DNA of 64,000 nucleotides. Origin: Candidatus Eiseniibacteriota bacterium. GTDB lineage: Bacteria; Eisenbacteria; RBG-16-71-46. Shown piece after piece: positions 50,247 through 61,683 of this stretch. The notes beneath the pieces were generated by a model, which saw nothing but the letters and a program-made list of their open reading frames with translations, ran no database searches and was not told where the DNA came from. Positions within the stretch are counted from its first letter, which is position 1. Each line of letters begins with the position of its first letter. The DNA lies in the NCBI GenBank assembly GCA_031370785.1, contig JANMQY010000114.1:32001-96000 (forward strand), read 5' to 3'. The position numbers were made by a program, and so were the translations under genes.

Positions 50247-51689
50247 CTAGTCGAGGGCTTCGCGGGCGGCAAGCGCACCGCCCGAATCGTCCGCCGGCTC
50301 GAGCCAGCCTGCGCGCGCGAGCGCCTTCCACGCGTCGTCCGCTCCGAGCCGGATCAATCGCTCGGCGCTCGAGGGATCGATCCCGAGCAGGGAGGCCGGC
50401 AGCATTCCGGTCGGTTCGACCACACACACCCGCGCCGGATCGCCTTCGCGGCTCCAGCCCTCCGGCAGCTGGCGCAGCTCGGACTGAAGGTCGCGCCAGT
50501 TCGCGATCTGCGGCAGGCGCGAGAGGATCTCCAGCACGTTCGGCTCCGGGCCCATCGGCGGCGGACCGCCGCTCGGCGAGACCAGCACGATCAGCAGCGA
50601 GTCCGCGCCGTCGGCCAGCACCGCATGCAGCGGCTGATTCGAGAACACGCCGCCGTCGATGTAGTCGTGCCCGTTGAAATGCGCCGGCTCGAACACCAGC
50701 GGCACCGCTGAAGACGCCACTGCCGCATCGAGCACCTGGTCGAGGGTATGGAGCGGAACGACCTCGCCCAGATTCTTGGCGACCCGTTCCCGGAATGCGG
50801 CCGGCACGTCGCGCTCGGTCACGAAGTGATGCATCCGACCGGTGTCGACTGCGCACGCGCTCAGGATCAAGTTCACGTCCGGGCGCAGAACGGACCCCGG
50901 CGCGTCAGCGATCAGGCGCTCCATCAGACGGCGGCGCGCGCTCCCGCGCCACAGCCCGCGGCCACCGGTCTCTGGCAACAGATGCATCATCAGGCGGCGC
51001 GCCCAGCCCTCGCGCCTTCCGGCGCGACCCGCGATCCAGAGCAGCGTCATCACCAGCAGCGCCATGAGATGCGCGCGGCGCGGCCACGACACCGCGACGA
51101 GTGCGGGGATCACGTAGAGCGCCGCGGCCGCGATCAGTGCCTGCTCGAGGATGCGCAGTGGCCGCTCCGGATCGGCGGCCGAGGCGCGCCGCGACACGGC
51201 GTCCTCGATCCGGTGCGACTGGAACGCGAGCGTCGCGCCGAGCACCGCCATGATCAGCCACACCGCGATCTCAGCGAGCATCGAGCCGATCCCGATCGGG
51301 ATTCCGCTCACGCGGGTCGCGATCTGCGGGATCAGGCGCAGCATCGGCATGTCGGCGAACACCAGCACCAGCTGAAAGGTCGCGAGCACGACCAGGATCG
51401 CGCCGATGGCGCCGGCGGCGAGCGAGATCCAGCGCAGCCCGATGCCGGACGGTTCCAGCTCGCGCCAGCCGCGCAGCAGCGGCTCGGTGCGCATGTCGTG
51501 CGCGACCCACACCACCGCGTTGACCGCGCCCACCGAGACCCCGAGCACGATGTGGGGACGGATACACGCGCGCTCCAGGGTTTCGAGCGCGCCAGCCTCG
51601 TAGGCGCCCATCGCGCCGCCGCCGGAAAGCACCAGTGCCAGCCTGCGGAAGGGCAGGTCGCGGCGCACTCTCCGGGCCTCGGCGCTCAT
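50247..51689 (-). CDS. Patatin-like phospholipase with an internal multi-TM insertion
   Basis: SGGGAMG, GVSVG, about 4 hydrophobic helices, then ASSAVP and YIDGG. Confidence 0.85.
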   Translation of the reverse strand: MSAEARRVRRDLPFRRLALVLSGGGAMGAYEAGALETLERACIRPHIVLGVSVGAVNAVVWVAHDMRTEPLLRGWRELEPSGIGLRWISLAAGAIGAILVVLATFQLVLVFADMPMLRLIPQIATRVSGIPIGIGSMLAEIAVWLIMAVLGATLAFQSHRIEDAVSRRASAADPERPLRILEQALIAAAALYVIPALVAVSWPRRAHLMALLVMTLLWIAGRAGRREGWARRLMMHLLPETGGRGLWRGSARRRLMERLIADAPGSVLRPDVNLILSACAVDTGRMHHFVTERDVPAAFRERVAKNLGEVVPLHTLDQVLDAAVASSAVPLVFEPAHFNGHDYIDGGVFSNQPLHAVLADGADSLLIVLVSPSGGPPPMGPEPNVLEILSRLPQIANWRDLQSELRQLPEGWSREGDPARVCVVEPTGMLPASLLGIDPSSAERLIRLGADDAWKALARAGWLEPADDSGGALAAREALD

Positions 51690-51709
51690 CGCGGGCGCCG
51701 CCTAAGCGA

Positions 51710-52423
51710 TCAGGCCGAGTCGGGCGGCCACACCAACAGCCGTCCGCAGCCGTCGCAGATGATCAGCCGATCGCGCTTCCGCGCGTCCTGCAGTATCTGC
51801 GGCGGTTGGGTGCGATAGCAGCCGCCGCATGCGCCCTTGGAGATCGCGACCACCGCGATGCCGCCGCGCGAAGCCACGACCCGCTCGTAACGTGAACGGA
51901 TGGTCGGAGAGAGCCCCTCGATCAGCTTCGCGCGCTCCGCCTCGAGCACCGCGACGCGGTCGCGCTCGGTCTTCTCCTCGGCGTCGATGGCGGCCAGGCG
52001 CTCGGCCATCTCGCGTTCGGCCGCTTTCAGCTCGTGCTCGATCGGCGCGCGATCGGCCTCCGCCGCCTGTTCCTCGTCCATGCGCATGAGCACCACCGTC
52101 TCCAGCTCCGAGCGCTTCGCCTTTGCACCCGAGATCTCATGCAGAAGCGCGGTGTATTCCTCGTTCTTCTTCACCGCCGGCAGCTGGCTCTGGAACTTGC
52201 GCTCCTGCTCGGTCGCGACTTCGATGTCCTTCTCGAGCTGGCGCCGCGTCTTCTGCAGCTCGGAGACGCGCTTCTTCCACCCTTCGAGGCGCGCACGCTC
52301 GTTGGACACCCGGGTCTCGAGCGACTTGCGCTGCTCGGGCAATCGCGCCAGCGCCTCCTTGCGCGCGACCACCTGCTCGTCCAGCCCACGCAGCGACCAC
52401 AGTCGGTCGATCTCGTCGCTCAC
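51710..52423 (-). CDS. Coiled-coil + C4 zinc-ribbon protein (DUF164/CT398/HP0958-like)
   Basis: Long coiled coil, KNEEYTALLHEI, CGGC...CDGCGRLL; GTG start 52423 with a GGAGG SD. Confidence 0.9.
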   Translation of the reverse strand: MSDEIDRLWSLRGLDEQVVARKEALARLPEQRKSLETRVSNERARLEGWKKRVSELQKTRRQLEKDIEVATEQERKFQSQLPAVKKNEEYTALLHEISGAKAKRSELETVVLMRMDEEQAAEADRAPIEHELKAAEREMAERLAAIDAEEKTERDRVAVLEAERAKLIEGLSPTIRSRYERVVASRGGIAVVAISKGACGGCYRTQPPQILQDARKRDRLIICDGCGRLLVWPPDSA

Positions 52424-52441
52424 CAGTTGCCTCCAGCAATG

Positions 52442-52473
52442 AAAAGCGGGGATGCCTCGAAAGGCATCCCCGC
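52442..52473 (-). terminator. Intrinsic terminator
   Basis: GCGGGGATGCCT-TTCG-AGGCATCCCCGC 12-bp perfect stem followed by TTTTC. Confidence 0.8.
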
Positions 52474-52640
52474 GCGCGATACGCAGGTCGTGCACCGCAG
52501 TCGGGCGGCGGCAATCCGCGGAACGGGTCGGGATTGCCAGAAGCCACGCTGCGTCGAGACCATCATCGGTGAGTCACTCCCGCTCGACGCCCTCGAGGGG
52601 CGCCCAGGGCCGCGGCACGAGGGGACGTGCATGGCGCATG
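52474..52640 (-). ncRNA. Candidate structured non-coding RNA (unassigned)
   Basis: Nested helices TCGTGC/GCACGA, CGCGG/CTGCG, GGGCG/CGCCC, GCGTCGAG/CTCGACGC and GGCAATCC/GGATTGCC; no credible ORF. Confidence 0.4.
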
Positions 52641-52645
52641 GAAAA

Positions 52646-52721
52646 TGGTGGGCGGAACAGGGCTCGAACCTGTGACCCCCAGGTTGTGATCCTGGTGCTC
52701 TGCCAGCTGAGCTATCCGCCC
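52646..52721 (-). tRNA. tRNA-Val(CAC), CCA encoded
   Basis: GGGCGGATAGCTCAGCTGGCAGAGCACCAGGATCACAACCTGGGGGTCACAGGTTCGAGCCCTGTTCCGCCCACCA folds into a full cloverleaf. Confidence 0.93.
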
Positions 52722-52770
52722 GGGAACTAAGGGTGACGCCTTGCGCGATCCCTCGCGCGGCGGGACTTCA

Positions 52771-52844
52771 TGGGCCCACCTGGATTCGAACCAGGGTCTT
52801 ACCGGTTATGAGCCGGCCGCTCTGGACCGCTGAGCTATGGGCCC
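52771..52844 (-). tRNA. tRNA-Ile2(CAT, lysidine type), CCA not encoded
   Basis: GGGCCCATAGCTCAGCGGTCCAGAGCGGCCGGCTCATAACCGGTAAGACCCTGGTTCGAATCCAGGTGGGCCCA. C4:G69 and C5:G68 are TilS determinants; no fMet features; lies downstream of rpoD like E. coli ileX. Confidence 0.85.
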
Positions 52845-52885
52845 AGCGCAGGGCGCTCATGAGTGCCGGCGCCAGAAGCCGGGTG

Positions 52886-52915
52886 TTTCTAGCATTGTGT
52901 TCGCAAGGGTGTCAA
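52886..52915 (-). promoter_or_regulatory. sigma70 promoter of the tRNA pair
   Basis: TTGACA-N18-TAGAAA with an extended -10 TG, immediately after the rpoD stop. Confidence 0.6.
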
Positions 52916-52917
52916 GG

Positions 52918-54726
<1,809 letters not shown>

Positions 54727-54741
54727 GTGGTGACTTACTCC

Positions 54742-56484
54742 TTATGTGCTGAGGTCACGTAGAGATCGTGCGATTTCCTGGACTTCCTGCTGGAGCCGCG
54801 CCTCTTCACCCGCATCGGGCGCGTGCTCCTGAAGTTGCTTGAGCTGCTTCATCTGCTGCTTGAGTCGCCGCAGGACCATGAGCCGTACCGCGCTCTCGAC
54901 CAGCTTGTTCGAATCGAGCGCGGGGTCCAGCGACGCATCGAGCTCGCGGGCGAGAATCGCGGTCTCGGAATCGGCCGGCGGTTCCGAGCCGCTCCACAAC
55001 CCGCGCGCGAGATCGGCGCACAGCGGATCGCGAAAATCCTCGGGGCCCAGCTGCGCGCGTGCGTTCTCGAGCGCCTCGGGGCTCGCACGCAGCGCCTGCA
55101 GCAGCTGACGCTCGAGCTGCTCTTCTCCATGCCGCACCGCGCGGACCGCGGCCGCGATCGGCTGGGTCGGGCCCTCGCCCTTGCGCTGCAGCGTCACCGC
55201 CCGGCTCAGCACCGCGACCGGGAATCCGAACACCTCGCTTGCGCGCTCCAGCAGCAGCTGCCGGCGAATCGGATCCGCGACCGTGACTGCGAGGCGAACG
55301 GTCGCATGCAGCGCGCGCTCGCGCGGATCCGAGGCCGGAGCCCCCCCCTCCGCCGCGCCGCGCAGCACGTGTCGCTGCACGAACTCGACCGGATCGGCCG
55401 CGCGGCGCCGCGCCTCCTGCCACGCCGCGACCCCACCGCGCCGCACCAGAGTGTCCGGGTCCTCGCCTTCCGGCAGATCCACCACCAGCACGTCCAGTCC
55501 TTCCGCGAGCAGGATCCCAAGCGAGCGCATCATCGCCTCACGGCCCGCCCGGTCGCCGTCGTAAGTGAGCGCGACCCGCGCGGCCTGCCGCTTGAGCAGA
55601 CGCGCCTGATCCGCGGTGAGCGCCGTGCCCGAAGTCGCGACGGTATTCCGCAGCCCGGCCTGGTGCATCGCGATCGCGTCGAAATAGCCTTCGACCACAA
55701 TGATCTCTCCGTCGCGCTCGACCGCGCGCCGCGCCTGCTCGAGCGCGAACAGGAAAGCCCCCTTGTGATACACGGCACTCTCTGGAGAATTCAGATATTT
55801 CGGCTCATCCCCCGCTGCCATCGCGCGGGCGCCGAAGCCGAGCACCGCGCCCCCGGGCGCGATCAGAGGCACCATGAGCCGGCCTCGGAACCAGTCGTAG
55901 AGCCCTTCCGATCCGCCGGGACGAGTGCTCTGACCTTCGCGCCGCGCGGCAAGGCGCGCCTCGATCAGCGTCACCTCGTTGAAACGGCCGGCCAGCCGCT
56001 TCACCAGGTTTTCCCAGCCGGAAGGAGCCAGCCCGAGCCGGAACGCGCGCTTCGTCTCATCGGTGATGCCGCGCCCTTCGAGATAGGCGCGAGTCTGGGC
56101 CCCGATCGCGGGATCCCCGAGCCACTGCTCGTACGCAGTGGCCGCCGCCTCGAGCGCTTCGAGCAAGGGCGTCCGCGCGCTGCGCTCGCCGGCGCGCCGC
56201 TCGGGCACCGGGATGTTCGCGCGCCGGCTGAGCAGCTCGACCGCATCGAGGAATCCCACCTTCTCCATCTCCTGGACGAACTTGAAGACGTCGCCTCCCG
56301 CCTTGCAGCTGAAGCAGTGATAGAACTGACGCTCGGCGTTCACCGAGAACGACGGCGTCTTCTCCTTGTGGAACGGGCAAAGCCCGACCCAGTTCCGTCC
56401 GACCCTTTTCAGCGGAACGGTTTCCCCGATCACTTCGACGATGTCGCTGGCGGATCGAACGCGCTCGACCCAGTCGTCCGACAT
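54742..56484 (-). CDS. dnaG: DNA primase
   Basis: CPFHKEKTPSF...CFSC, FRGRLM, KYLNSPE, EGYFD, GTALT, YDGDRAG, DPD; start 56484 or 56538 (ATGA overlap with mutS2). Confidence 0.96.
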   Translation of the reverse strand: MSDDWVERVRSASDIVEVIGETVPLKRVGRNWVGLCPFHKEKTPSFSVNAERQFYHCFSCKAGGDVFKFVQEMEKVGFLDAVELLSRRANIPVPERRAGERSARTPLLEALEAAATAYEQWLGDPAIGAQTRAYLEGRGITDETKRAFRLGLAPSGWENLVKRLAGRFNEVTLIEARLAARREGQSTRPGGSEGLYDWFRGRLMVPLIAPGGAVLGFGARAMAAGDEPKYLNSPESAVYHKGAFLFALEQARRAVERDGEIIVVEGYFDAIAMHQAGLRNTVATSGTALTADQARLLKRQAARVALTYDGDRAGREAMMRSLGILLAEGLDVLVVDLPEGEDPDTLVRRGGVAAWQEARRRAADPVEFVQRHVLRGAAEGGAPASDPRERALHATVRLAVTVADPIRRQLLLERASEVFGFPVAVLSRAVTLQRKGEGPTQPIAAAVRAVRHGEEQLERQLLQALRASPEALENARAQLGPEDFRDPLCADLARGLWSGSEPPADSETAILARELDASLDPALDSNKLVESAVRLMVLRRLKQQMKQLKQLQEHAPDAGEEARLQQEVQEIARSLRDLST

Positions 56485-56534
56485 GCGCGCGCCCACGCTC
56501 CCCGCTGCGCTCCCGCTTCTTCCCATCGCGCCGC

Positions 56535-58886
56535 TCATCGGAGGGTCGCCACGGTCGCACCGCGGCCGCCCTCGTTCCCGGCCCCCAGCCGCTGCGCGGC
56601 CACCTGCGGATGCTCGCGCAGGTGACGCTCCACCGCCGCGCGCAGCACACCGCGGCCGATGCCATGGACCACCCGGATCTCGGTGAGTCCCGCCACCACC
56701 GCCCGATCCAACCCCGTATCCACCGTGCGCAACGCCTCGTCGACCTCCATACCGCGCACGTCGATCTCGAGCGGAGGCGCGTCGTCCGAGGCCCACGTCG
56801 CCGCGCTCCTTCCGCTCGGTCGCCTCTCCGCTGCTTCGCCCGCCGGAGCGAGCCGGCTCACGTGGCTATGGATCTTCCAGCTGCCGCGCTGCAGCACCAC
56901 CTTGCCCTCGGCGTCCGGCGTGCTCACCACATCCGCCTCGACTCCAAGGTCGGTGACGCGCACGCGCCGCCCCACATCGACCGAGGCGAGCGACTCGCGC
57001 GGCGCCTCGGGCCCCGCGGCGCGCTCGGCCTCGCGCTCGAGCGCCTCGACCTCGCGCTCGACCTTACCGATCTCCGCCTTGAGTGCCTCACCCGGCATGC
57101 GTGACTTGTCCGCCCGGCGCGCCTCGCGCTGAACCGTCTGCCACAGCTCGCGCGCATGCGAGAGCAGGACCTCGCTCTCGCGCGTCAGGCGCCGGCGCAG
57201 ATCGTTCAGAGTCTGGTGCGCATGCCCGGCGGCGTTGCGATGGCCCTCCGCCTCGGCCTCGGCCGTAGCCCGCGCCGCGCCCAGCGCCTCGGTCTCCTCG
57301 ATCATCTCGCGGCGCGTCGCATGCAGGTCCCCGATCAGGCGCTCGAGCGCGCGCGACTCCTCGGAGGTCATGGCCTGCGCGCGCGCCAGCACCGCCGCGG
57401 GGAATCCGAGGCGCGCGGCGACATCCAGCGCATGACTTGCGCCCGGCACTCCCGGCACGAACCGGAAGCGTGGAGTCATGGTCGCGACATCGAACTCGAG
57501 TGAACCGTTGACCACTCCCCGAACCTCCCCCGCCACCCGCTTGAGACTCCCCAGATGCGTCGTCACCACACCCCACGCGCCATGCGCGGCAAAGTGCTCG
57601 ACCAGTGCGCGCCCGAGCGCCGCGCCCTCTTCGGGATCCGTCCCCGCCCCGAGCTCGTCGCACAGCAGCAGGCTCGCGGGGCCTGCCTTTTCTGCCATGG
57701 CCCCCAGCGTCTGCAGGTGGGCGGCGAACGTCGACAGCCCGCGATCCACCGACTGCTCGTCTCCCAGATCCACCAGGATGGTCTCGATCTCGGGCACCGC
57801 GCTGCCTTCGCCGGCCGGGACCGGCAGCGCGCTGTGCGCGAGCGCGACCGCGAGCCCGACCGTCTTGAGCAGCACGGTCTTGCCGCCCATGTTCGGTCCG
57901 CTCACCAGCAGCAGGCGGGCACCACCCTCGAGTGTCACATCCAGCGGCACCAGCGCGGCCCGCCGCTCGCCCATCGCCAGCAGCGGATGGCGTGCGCCGG
58001 TGAGATGCAGCCGCGCGCCGCCCGGTGTCAGGGCAATCGCCAAGACTTCACGCGCCCACCGCGCCCGCGCACGCAGCGAGTCCAGCGCGACCAGTCCCGC
58101 TTCGAGCGCCCCCAGCGCTTCGGACTGGCCGAGCACAGCGTCTGCCAGCTCGCGCAGCACACGGCGCTCCTCCTCGAGCGCGGTCGCGCGCAGCTCGAGC
58201 AGGTGGTTGTTGGCCTCGCACATCTCGAGCGGCTCGACGAACAGCGACTGCCCGCTGCCCGACACGTCGTGCACGATCCCGCGCCGGCGCGGGAAGCCCG
58301 CGGCCGGGATGAGCGCCACGAAGCGGTCCGCATGCCGGGTCACGAACGCGCTCTCTCCGAAACCGTGCGCCCATTTGGTCAGCCGCTGCTCGAGCGCGCG
58401 CTCGTCGCGCGCCAGCGCCGAGCGCGCCTTTGCCAGAGCCGGGGATGCCTTGTCGCTGACCCGTCCATCCGGCTCGAGCGCCAGCGCAAGACGCGCACGC
58501 AGCGGTTCCAGAACCGGCAATCCCGCCACCTGCTCGGCCAGCCGCGGAAATCGCTCCGGCGCCACCTCTTCCCACAGCGCGCGCGTTTCGCGTCCGGCCT
58601 CGAGCCACTCCAGCACACCGAGCAGCGCCTGCCCATCCAGAGGCTCGTGCGAGTCCCGATCGAGCGCGGTCGCGAGCGACCCGCGGGCTGTCCGGCACCA
58701 TTCGCCGCTCTCGGCGGTGCGGCGAATCGCCTCGCCCAGCGCCTCGATCTCGCGGTTGCGCAATGCGCGGTCGGCAATCGGGCGCCAGGCGGCGAGCCGG
58801 GCGCGCGCGCCGTCGCTCTCCGCGAACGCCGCGACCGCCGCGGTCACCCGCGGATACTCGAGTACGGACAGGGAATGGTCGTCCAA
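56535..58886 (-). CDS. mutS2: MutS2 (ATPase + Smr domain)
   Basis: LEYPRV, VHDVSGSGQSLFVEP, ARHPLL, GPNMGGKT, LSTFAAH, DELGAGTDPEEG, HGIGRGVLR Smr domain; TTG start 58886. Confidence 0.93.
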   Translation of the reverse strand: MDDHSLSVLEYPRVTAAVAAFAESDGARARLAAWRPIADRALRNREIEALGEAIRRTAESGEWCRTARGSLATALDRDSHEPLDGQALLGVLEWLEAGRETRALWEEVAPERFPRLAEQVAGLPVLEPLRARLALALEPDGRVSDKASPALAKARSALARDERALEQRLTKWAHGFGESAFVTRHADRFVALIPAAGFPRRRGIVHDVSGSGQSLFVEPLEMCEANNHLLELRATALEEERRVLRELADAVLGQSEALGALEAGLVALDSLRARARWAREVLAIALTPGGARLHLTGARHPLLAMGERRAALVPLDVTLEGGARLLLVSGPNMGGKTVLLKTVGLAVALAHSALPVPAGEGSAVPEIETILVDLGDEQSVDRGLSTFAAHLQTLGAMAEKAGPASLLLCDELGAGTDPEEGAALGRALVEHFAAHGAWGVVTTHLGSLKRVAGEVRGVVNGSLEFDVATMTPRFRFVPGVPGASHALDVAARLGFPAAVLARAQAMTSEESRALERLIGDLHATRREMIEETEALGAARATAEAEAEGHRNAAGHAHQTLNDLRRRLTRESEVLLSHARELWQTVQREARRADKSRMPGEALKAEIGKVEREVEALEREAERAAGPEAPRESLASVDVGRRVRVTDLGVEADVVSTPDAEGKVVLQRGSWKIHSHVSRLAPAGEAAERRPSGRSAATWASDDAPPLEIDVRGMEVDEALRTVDTGLDRAVVAGLTEIRVVHGIGRGVLRAAVERHLREHPQVAAQRLGAGNEGGRGATVATLR

Positions 58887-58921
58887 GATGTTCTCGCGGA
58901 ACGCCCGGAGAGAAGCGCTCG

Positions 58922-59476
58922 TCAGGAAGGACGCACGGACGGGCCGAGTCGCCGCTCCGCCGTTAGGAAGCGTTGCTTCAACCACCGGCTGCCCGGGAAA
59001 TAGGAATCCCCTGCCGTGCACAGCCACTCGCCGCCGGAAAGCAGCACCGGCGTTGCGCTGGCGCGCGCCACCCAGCGCGTGCCCTCTCGCGGCAGTGGCG
59101 CGAGCAACGCGATCAGCACCAGCGCGGCACACAGGATCACACCAACCGCGGCGCCCACCGCGAATCCAAGCAGCCGGTCCAGCCACCCGAGCGGAGATTC
59201 CTTCACTGCCTCGGCCAGCAGACCGCCCCACCACTGGAACAGGGAAGCGAGCGCCAGGCCGCCGAGCGCCGCGACGAGCCAGCGCAGGACCCAAAACACC
59301 ACAGCGGGCCGGGCACCCTGCCAGTGCAAACCGACCCACTGTGAAATCCAGCCAGCCGCCCAGAGCCCAGACAGGAGGCCCAGGAGTGTGAAGACCTGGA
59401 GGACCGAGCCGCGGAAAACCCCGCGGATCGCGAACAGCAGGACCAGAGCGAGAAGCACCCAGTCCAACGAGGTCAT
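58922..59476 (-). CDS. cvpA: CvpA (colicin V production) family membrane protein
   Basis: LDW...RGVFRG, four TM helices, LGWLDRLLG. Confidence 0.85.
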   Translation of the reverse strand: MTSLDWVLLALVLLFAIRGVFRGSVLQVFTLLGLLSGLWAAGWISQWVGLHWQGARPAVVFWVLRWLVAALGGLALASLFQWWGGLLAEAVKESPLGWLDRLLGFAVGAAVGVILCAALVLIALLAPLPREGTRWVARASATPVLLSGGEWLCTAGDSYFPGSRWLKQRFLTAERRLGPSVRPS

Positions 59477-59499
59477 GACGGGACGGAAGTCCAGTTCCG

Positions 59500-59694
59500 C
59501 TAGTTCTCCTGGGTGCGCCGCGCCAGATTCTTTCGCTTTGCGGCGTTCAGTTTGCGCTTGCGGCGTTCGCTCGGCTTCTCGAAGTGTTGATGCCGTCGCA
59601 GATCCGCCATGATGCCGGCCTTTTCACACTTCTTCTTGAATCGTCGCAGGGCGCTTTCGAAGGACTCGCCGTCCTTCACCCTGATTCCGGGCAA
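59500..59694 (-). CDS. rpsU: 30S ribosomal protein S21
   Basis: [18 protein letters not shown]...[14 protein letters not shown] start with a GAGGGGTG SD. Confidence 0.96.
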   Translation of the reverse strand: MPGIRVKDGESFESALRRFKKKCEKAGIMADLRRHQHFEKPSERRKRKLNAAKRKNLARRTQEN

Positions 59695-59784
59695 GAAATC
59701 ACCCCTCTCTGCCCTTGCAGTATGTAGTTGCCATCAAATGGAGAACGCGCCCGGGGAATTCGTGGGCGCGGATTTCGCAAAGGC

Positions 59785-59813
59785 AGTCTATGGCCGCCCC
59801 GGAGAATCGTCAA
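59785..59813 (-). promoter_or_regulatory. sigma70 promoter of the rpsU operon
   Basis: TTGACG-N17-TAGACT. Confidence 0.65.
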
Positions 59814-59837
59814 GGCCCTCAGGGGGATTGGGCGCCC

Positions 59838-60548
59838 TTAGTCCGCTCCCATCGCCCACCAGGCGGCCCAGGCCAGCGCCGCGGTCTCGCACCTCAACCT
59901 GTTGCTGCCAAGCTTCATGGGCTGAAACCCCGAGTCCCTGGCCCGCCACTGCTCCTCCGGCTCCAAACCCTCGGCAGGACCAATCAGCCCGATCGAAGCG
60001 GAGCCGCGCGCGGGCGGCTGAGCCGGCGCTGTCCCCTCCGGATCGGCCAGGAAGCAGACCGCGCCGAGCGGCGGGGGCGGGATTACTGCCAGTCGGATCG
60101 GCGGGCGAATCTCGAGGAGCCATGTGCCTCGCGACTGCCTCAGCCCCGCGAGCGCGAGCCGGCGCCAGCGCTCCACCCTGCGATCGAAGCTCTTCCACTC
60201 GGCGCGCGCGCAGTCGATCGGCTGGAGCGCATCCACGCCGAGCTCGGCCAGCTTCTCGACCAACCAGTCCGCGCGCTGCCCCTCGGGCGCGCCGCACCAG
60301 ACTTGGGCCCGGCGTTCGCGAGACCTCTGCTCCAGCTTCTCGATCTCGACCTCGACGCGCCTGCCGACCGTGATGAGCACAGCCTGGGCGAGCGAGCCAC
60401 GGCCGTCGGTGAGCGCGATGCGCTCGCCGACGCGCACCCGACACACACGCGCAAGGTAGTGGCTCTCGTCCGCATCGAGTGTGTTGTGCGCGCCCGGCTC
60501 GCCGAGCTCGGCGGCGTAGACGTGCGAGGGCGCGGCGTCAGCCGGCAA
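59838..60548 (-). CDS. rsmE: 16S rRNA m3U1498 methyltransferase
   Basis: [34 protein letters not shown]. Confidence 0.88.
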   Translation of the reverse strand: MPADAAPSHVYAAELGEPGAHNTLDADESHYLARVCRVRVGERIALTDGRGSLAQAVLITVGRRVEVEIEKLEQRSRERRAQVWCGAPEGQRADWLVEKLAELGVDALQPIDCARAEWKSFDRRVERWRRLALAGLRQSRGTWLLEIRPPIRLAVIPPPPLGAVCFLADPEGTAPAQPPARGSASIGLIGPAEGLEPEEQWRARDSGFQPMKLGSNRLRCETAALAWAAWWAMGAD

Positions 60549-61683
60549 AGCGCTCTCCGGCGCGATCGACCATCGGCTTCGCGGGGCGCGGAGGCTTGAA
60601 GTTCTCGGAAGCCCCGAGCTCTTCGAGATGCCGCTTCTCGGCGCTGCTCACCTTGGACGGCACCCAGATGCGAATGTGCGCGTGAAGGTCGCCGGTTCCG
60701 CCGCGCAATCCCGGCAGACCCTTGCCCCGTACGCGCACCACGTGTCCGCTCTGCGTGCCCGCCGCCACCTCGACCATGAGGCGCCCGCCGGTGAGGCCCG
60801 ACATCTCCACTTTCCCGCCCAGGGTCGCGGTCACGACGTTGACCGGCACCTCGACGTGAAGATCGTCGCCCTCGCGATCGAACACCGGATGCGGCCTCTC
60901 CTCGATCAACACGATCAGATCGCCGGGCGGACCATTACGTGGACCCGCATCGCCCATGCCGCGCAGCGGAATGAAATTGCCGTTCGAGACCCCGGGCGGA
61001 ACCTTGACCGACAGGGTATCGCTCTCGCTCACCCTGCCCTCTCCGCCACAGGTCTTGCAGCGGTCCTTGATCACGCGACCCTCGCCGTGACAGCGCGGGC
61101 AGCTCGAGACGTTCACGAACTGACCGAAGATGGACTGCTGCACGCGGCGCACCTGGCCGCGGCCGTGACACTGCGTGCACTCGCTCTCGCCTTCTCCGCC
61201 CTTGCCCTGGCAGGTGGCGCAGGCGCGCAGGTGCTTGACCCGGATCTTCTTCTCGACTCCGGTCGCGACCTCTTCGAGCGTGAGCTTGAGTCGTACCTGG
61301 AGGTCGTCCCCGCGATGCGGTCCGCGGACGGAACGTCCACTGCCTCCGCCCGAGAACAGGTCGCCGAATCCGCCCGGCTCGCCGCCGAAGTCGCGCATGA
61401 ATGCGCGCAGCGCATCCGCCAGGTCGAAGCCGCTCGGATCGAAGCCCTGCGCTCCGGAGCCGGTGGCGGCGTGGCCGAACCGGTCGTAGGCCGAGCGCTT
61501 GTCCGAATCGCGCAGCACCTCGTAGGCCTCGGTGGCTTCCTTGAACTTCAGCTCCGCCTCTTTCTCGCCGGGATTGCGGTCGGGATGGAATTCGAACGCG
61601 ATCCTGCGGTACGCCTTCTTGATTTCTTCCTCGGTGGCGGTGCGCGCGATGCCGAGCACTTCGTAGTAATCGCGACGCACCAT
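60538..61683 (-). CDS. dnaJ: Chaperone DnaJ
   Basis: DYYEVLG, HPD, G/F region, four CxxCxGxG motifs. Confidence 0.97.
   Translation of the reverse strand: MVRRDYYEVLGIARTATEEEIKKAYRRIAFEFHPDRNPGEKEAELKFKEATEAYEVLRDSDKRSAYDRFGHAATGSGAQGFDPSGFDLADALRAFMRDFGGEPGGFGDLFSGGGSGRSVRGPHRGDDLQVRLKLTLEEVATGVEKKIRVKHLRACATCQGKGGEGESECTQCHGRGQVRRVQQSIFGQFVNVSSCPRCHGEGRVIKDRCKTCGGEGRVSESDTLSVKVPPGVSNGNFIPLRGMGDAGPRNGPPGDLIVLIEERPHPVFDREGDDLHVEVPVNVVTATLGGKVEMSGLTGGRLMVEVAAGTQSGHVVRVRGKGLPGLRGGTGDLHAHIRIWVPSKVSSAEKRHLEELGASENFKPPRPAKPMVDRAGERFAG

Noticed and set aside
52474..52645. Assignment of the structured region as 6S RNA, SRP RNA, tmRNA or a yybP-ykoY/fluoride riboswitch
   Set aside because: The hallmark motifs (SRP GGAA-loop helix 8, tmRNA tRNA-like ends, ordered yybP motifs, 6S central bubble) are not recognisable, so it is left unassigned.
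52424..52844. Integrative element or att site at the tRNAs
   Set aside because: No integrase, no duplicated tRNA 3' end seen, and the flanking genes are core genes.
52771..52844. tRNA-Met/fMet call for the CAT tRNA
   Set aside because: It has a paired G1:C72, no run of three G:C pairs at the end of the anticodon stem, and an Ile2-type acceptor stem.
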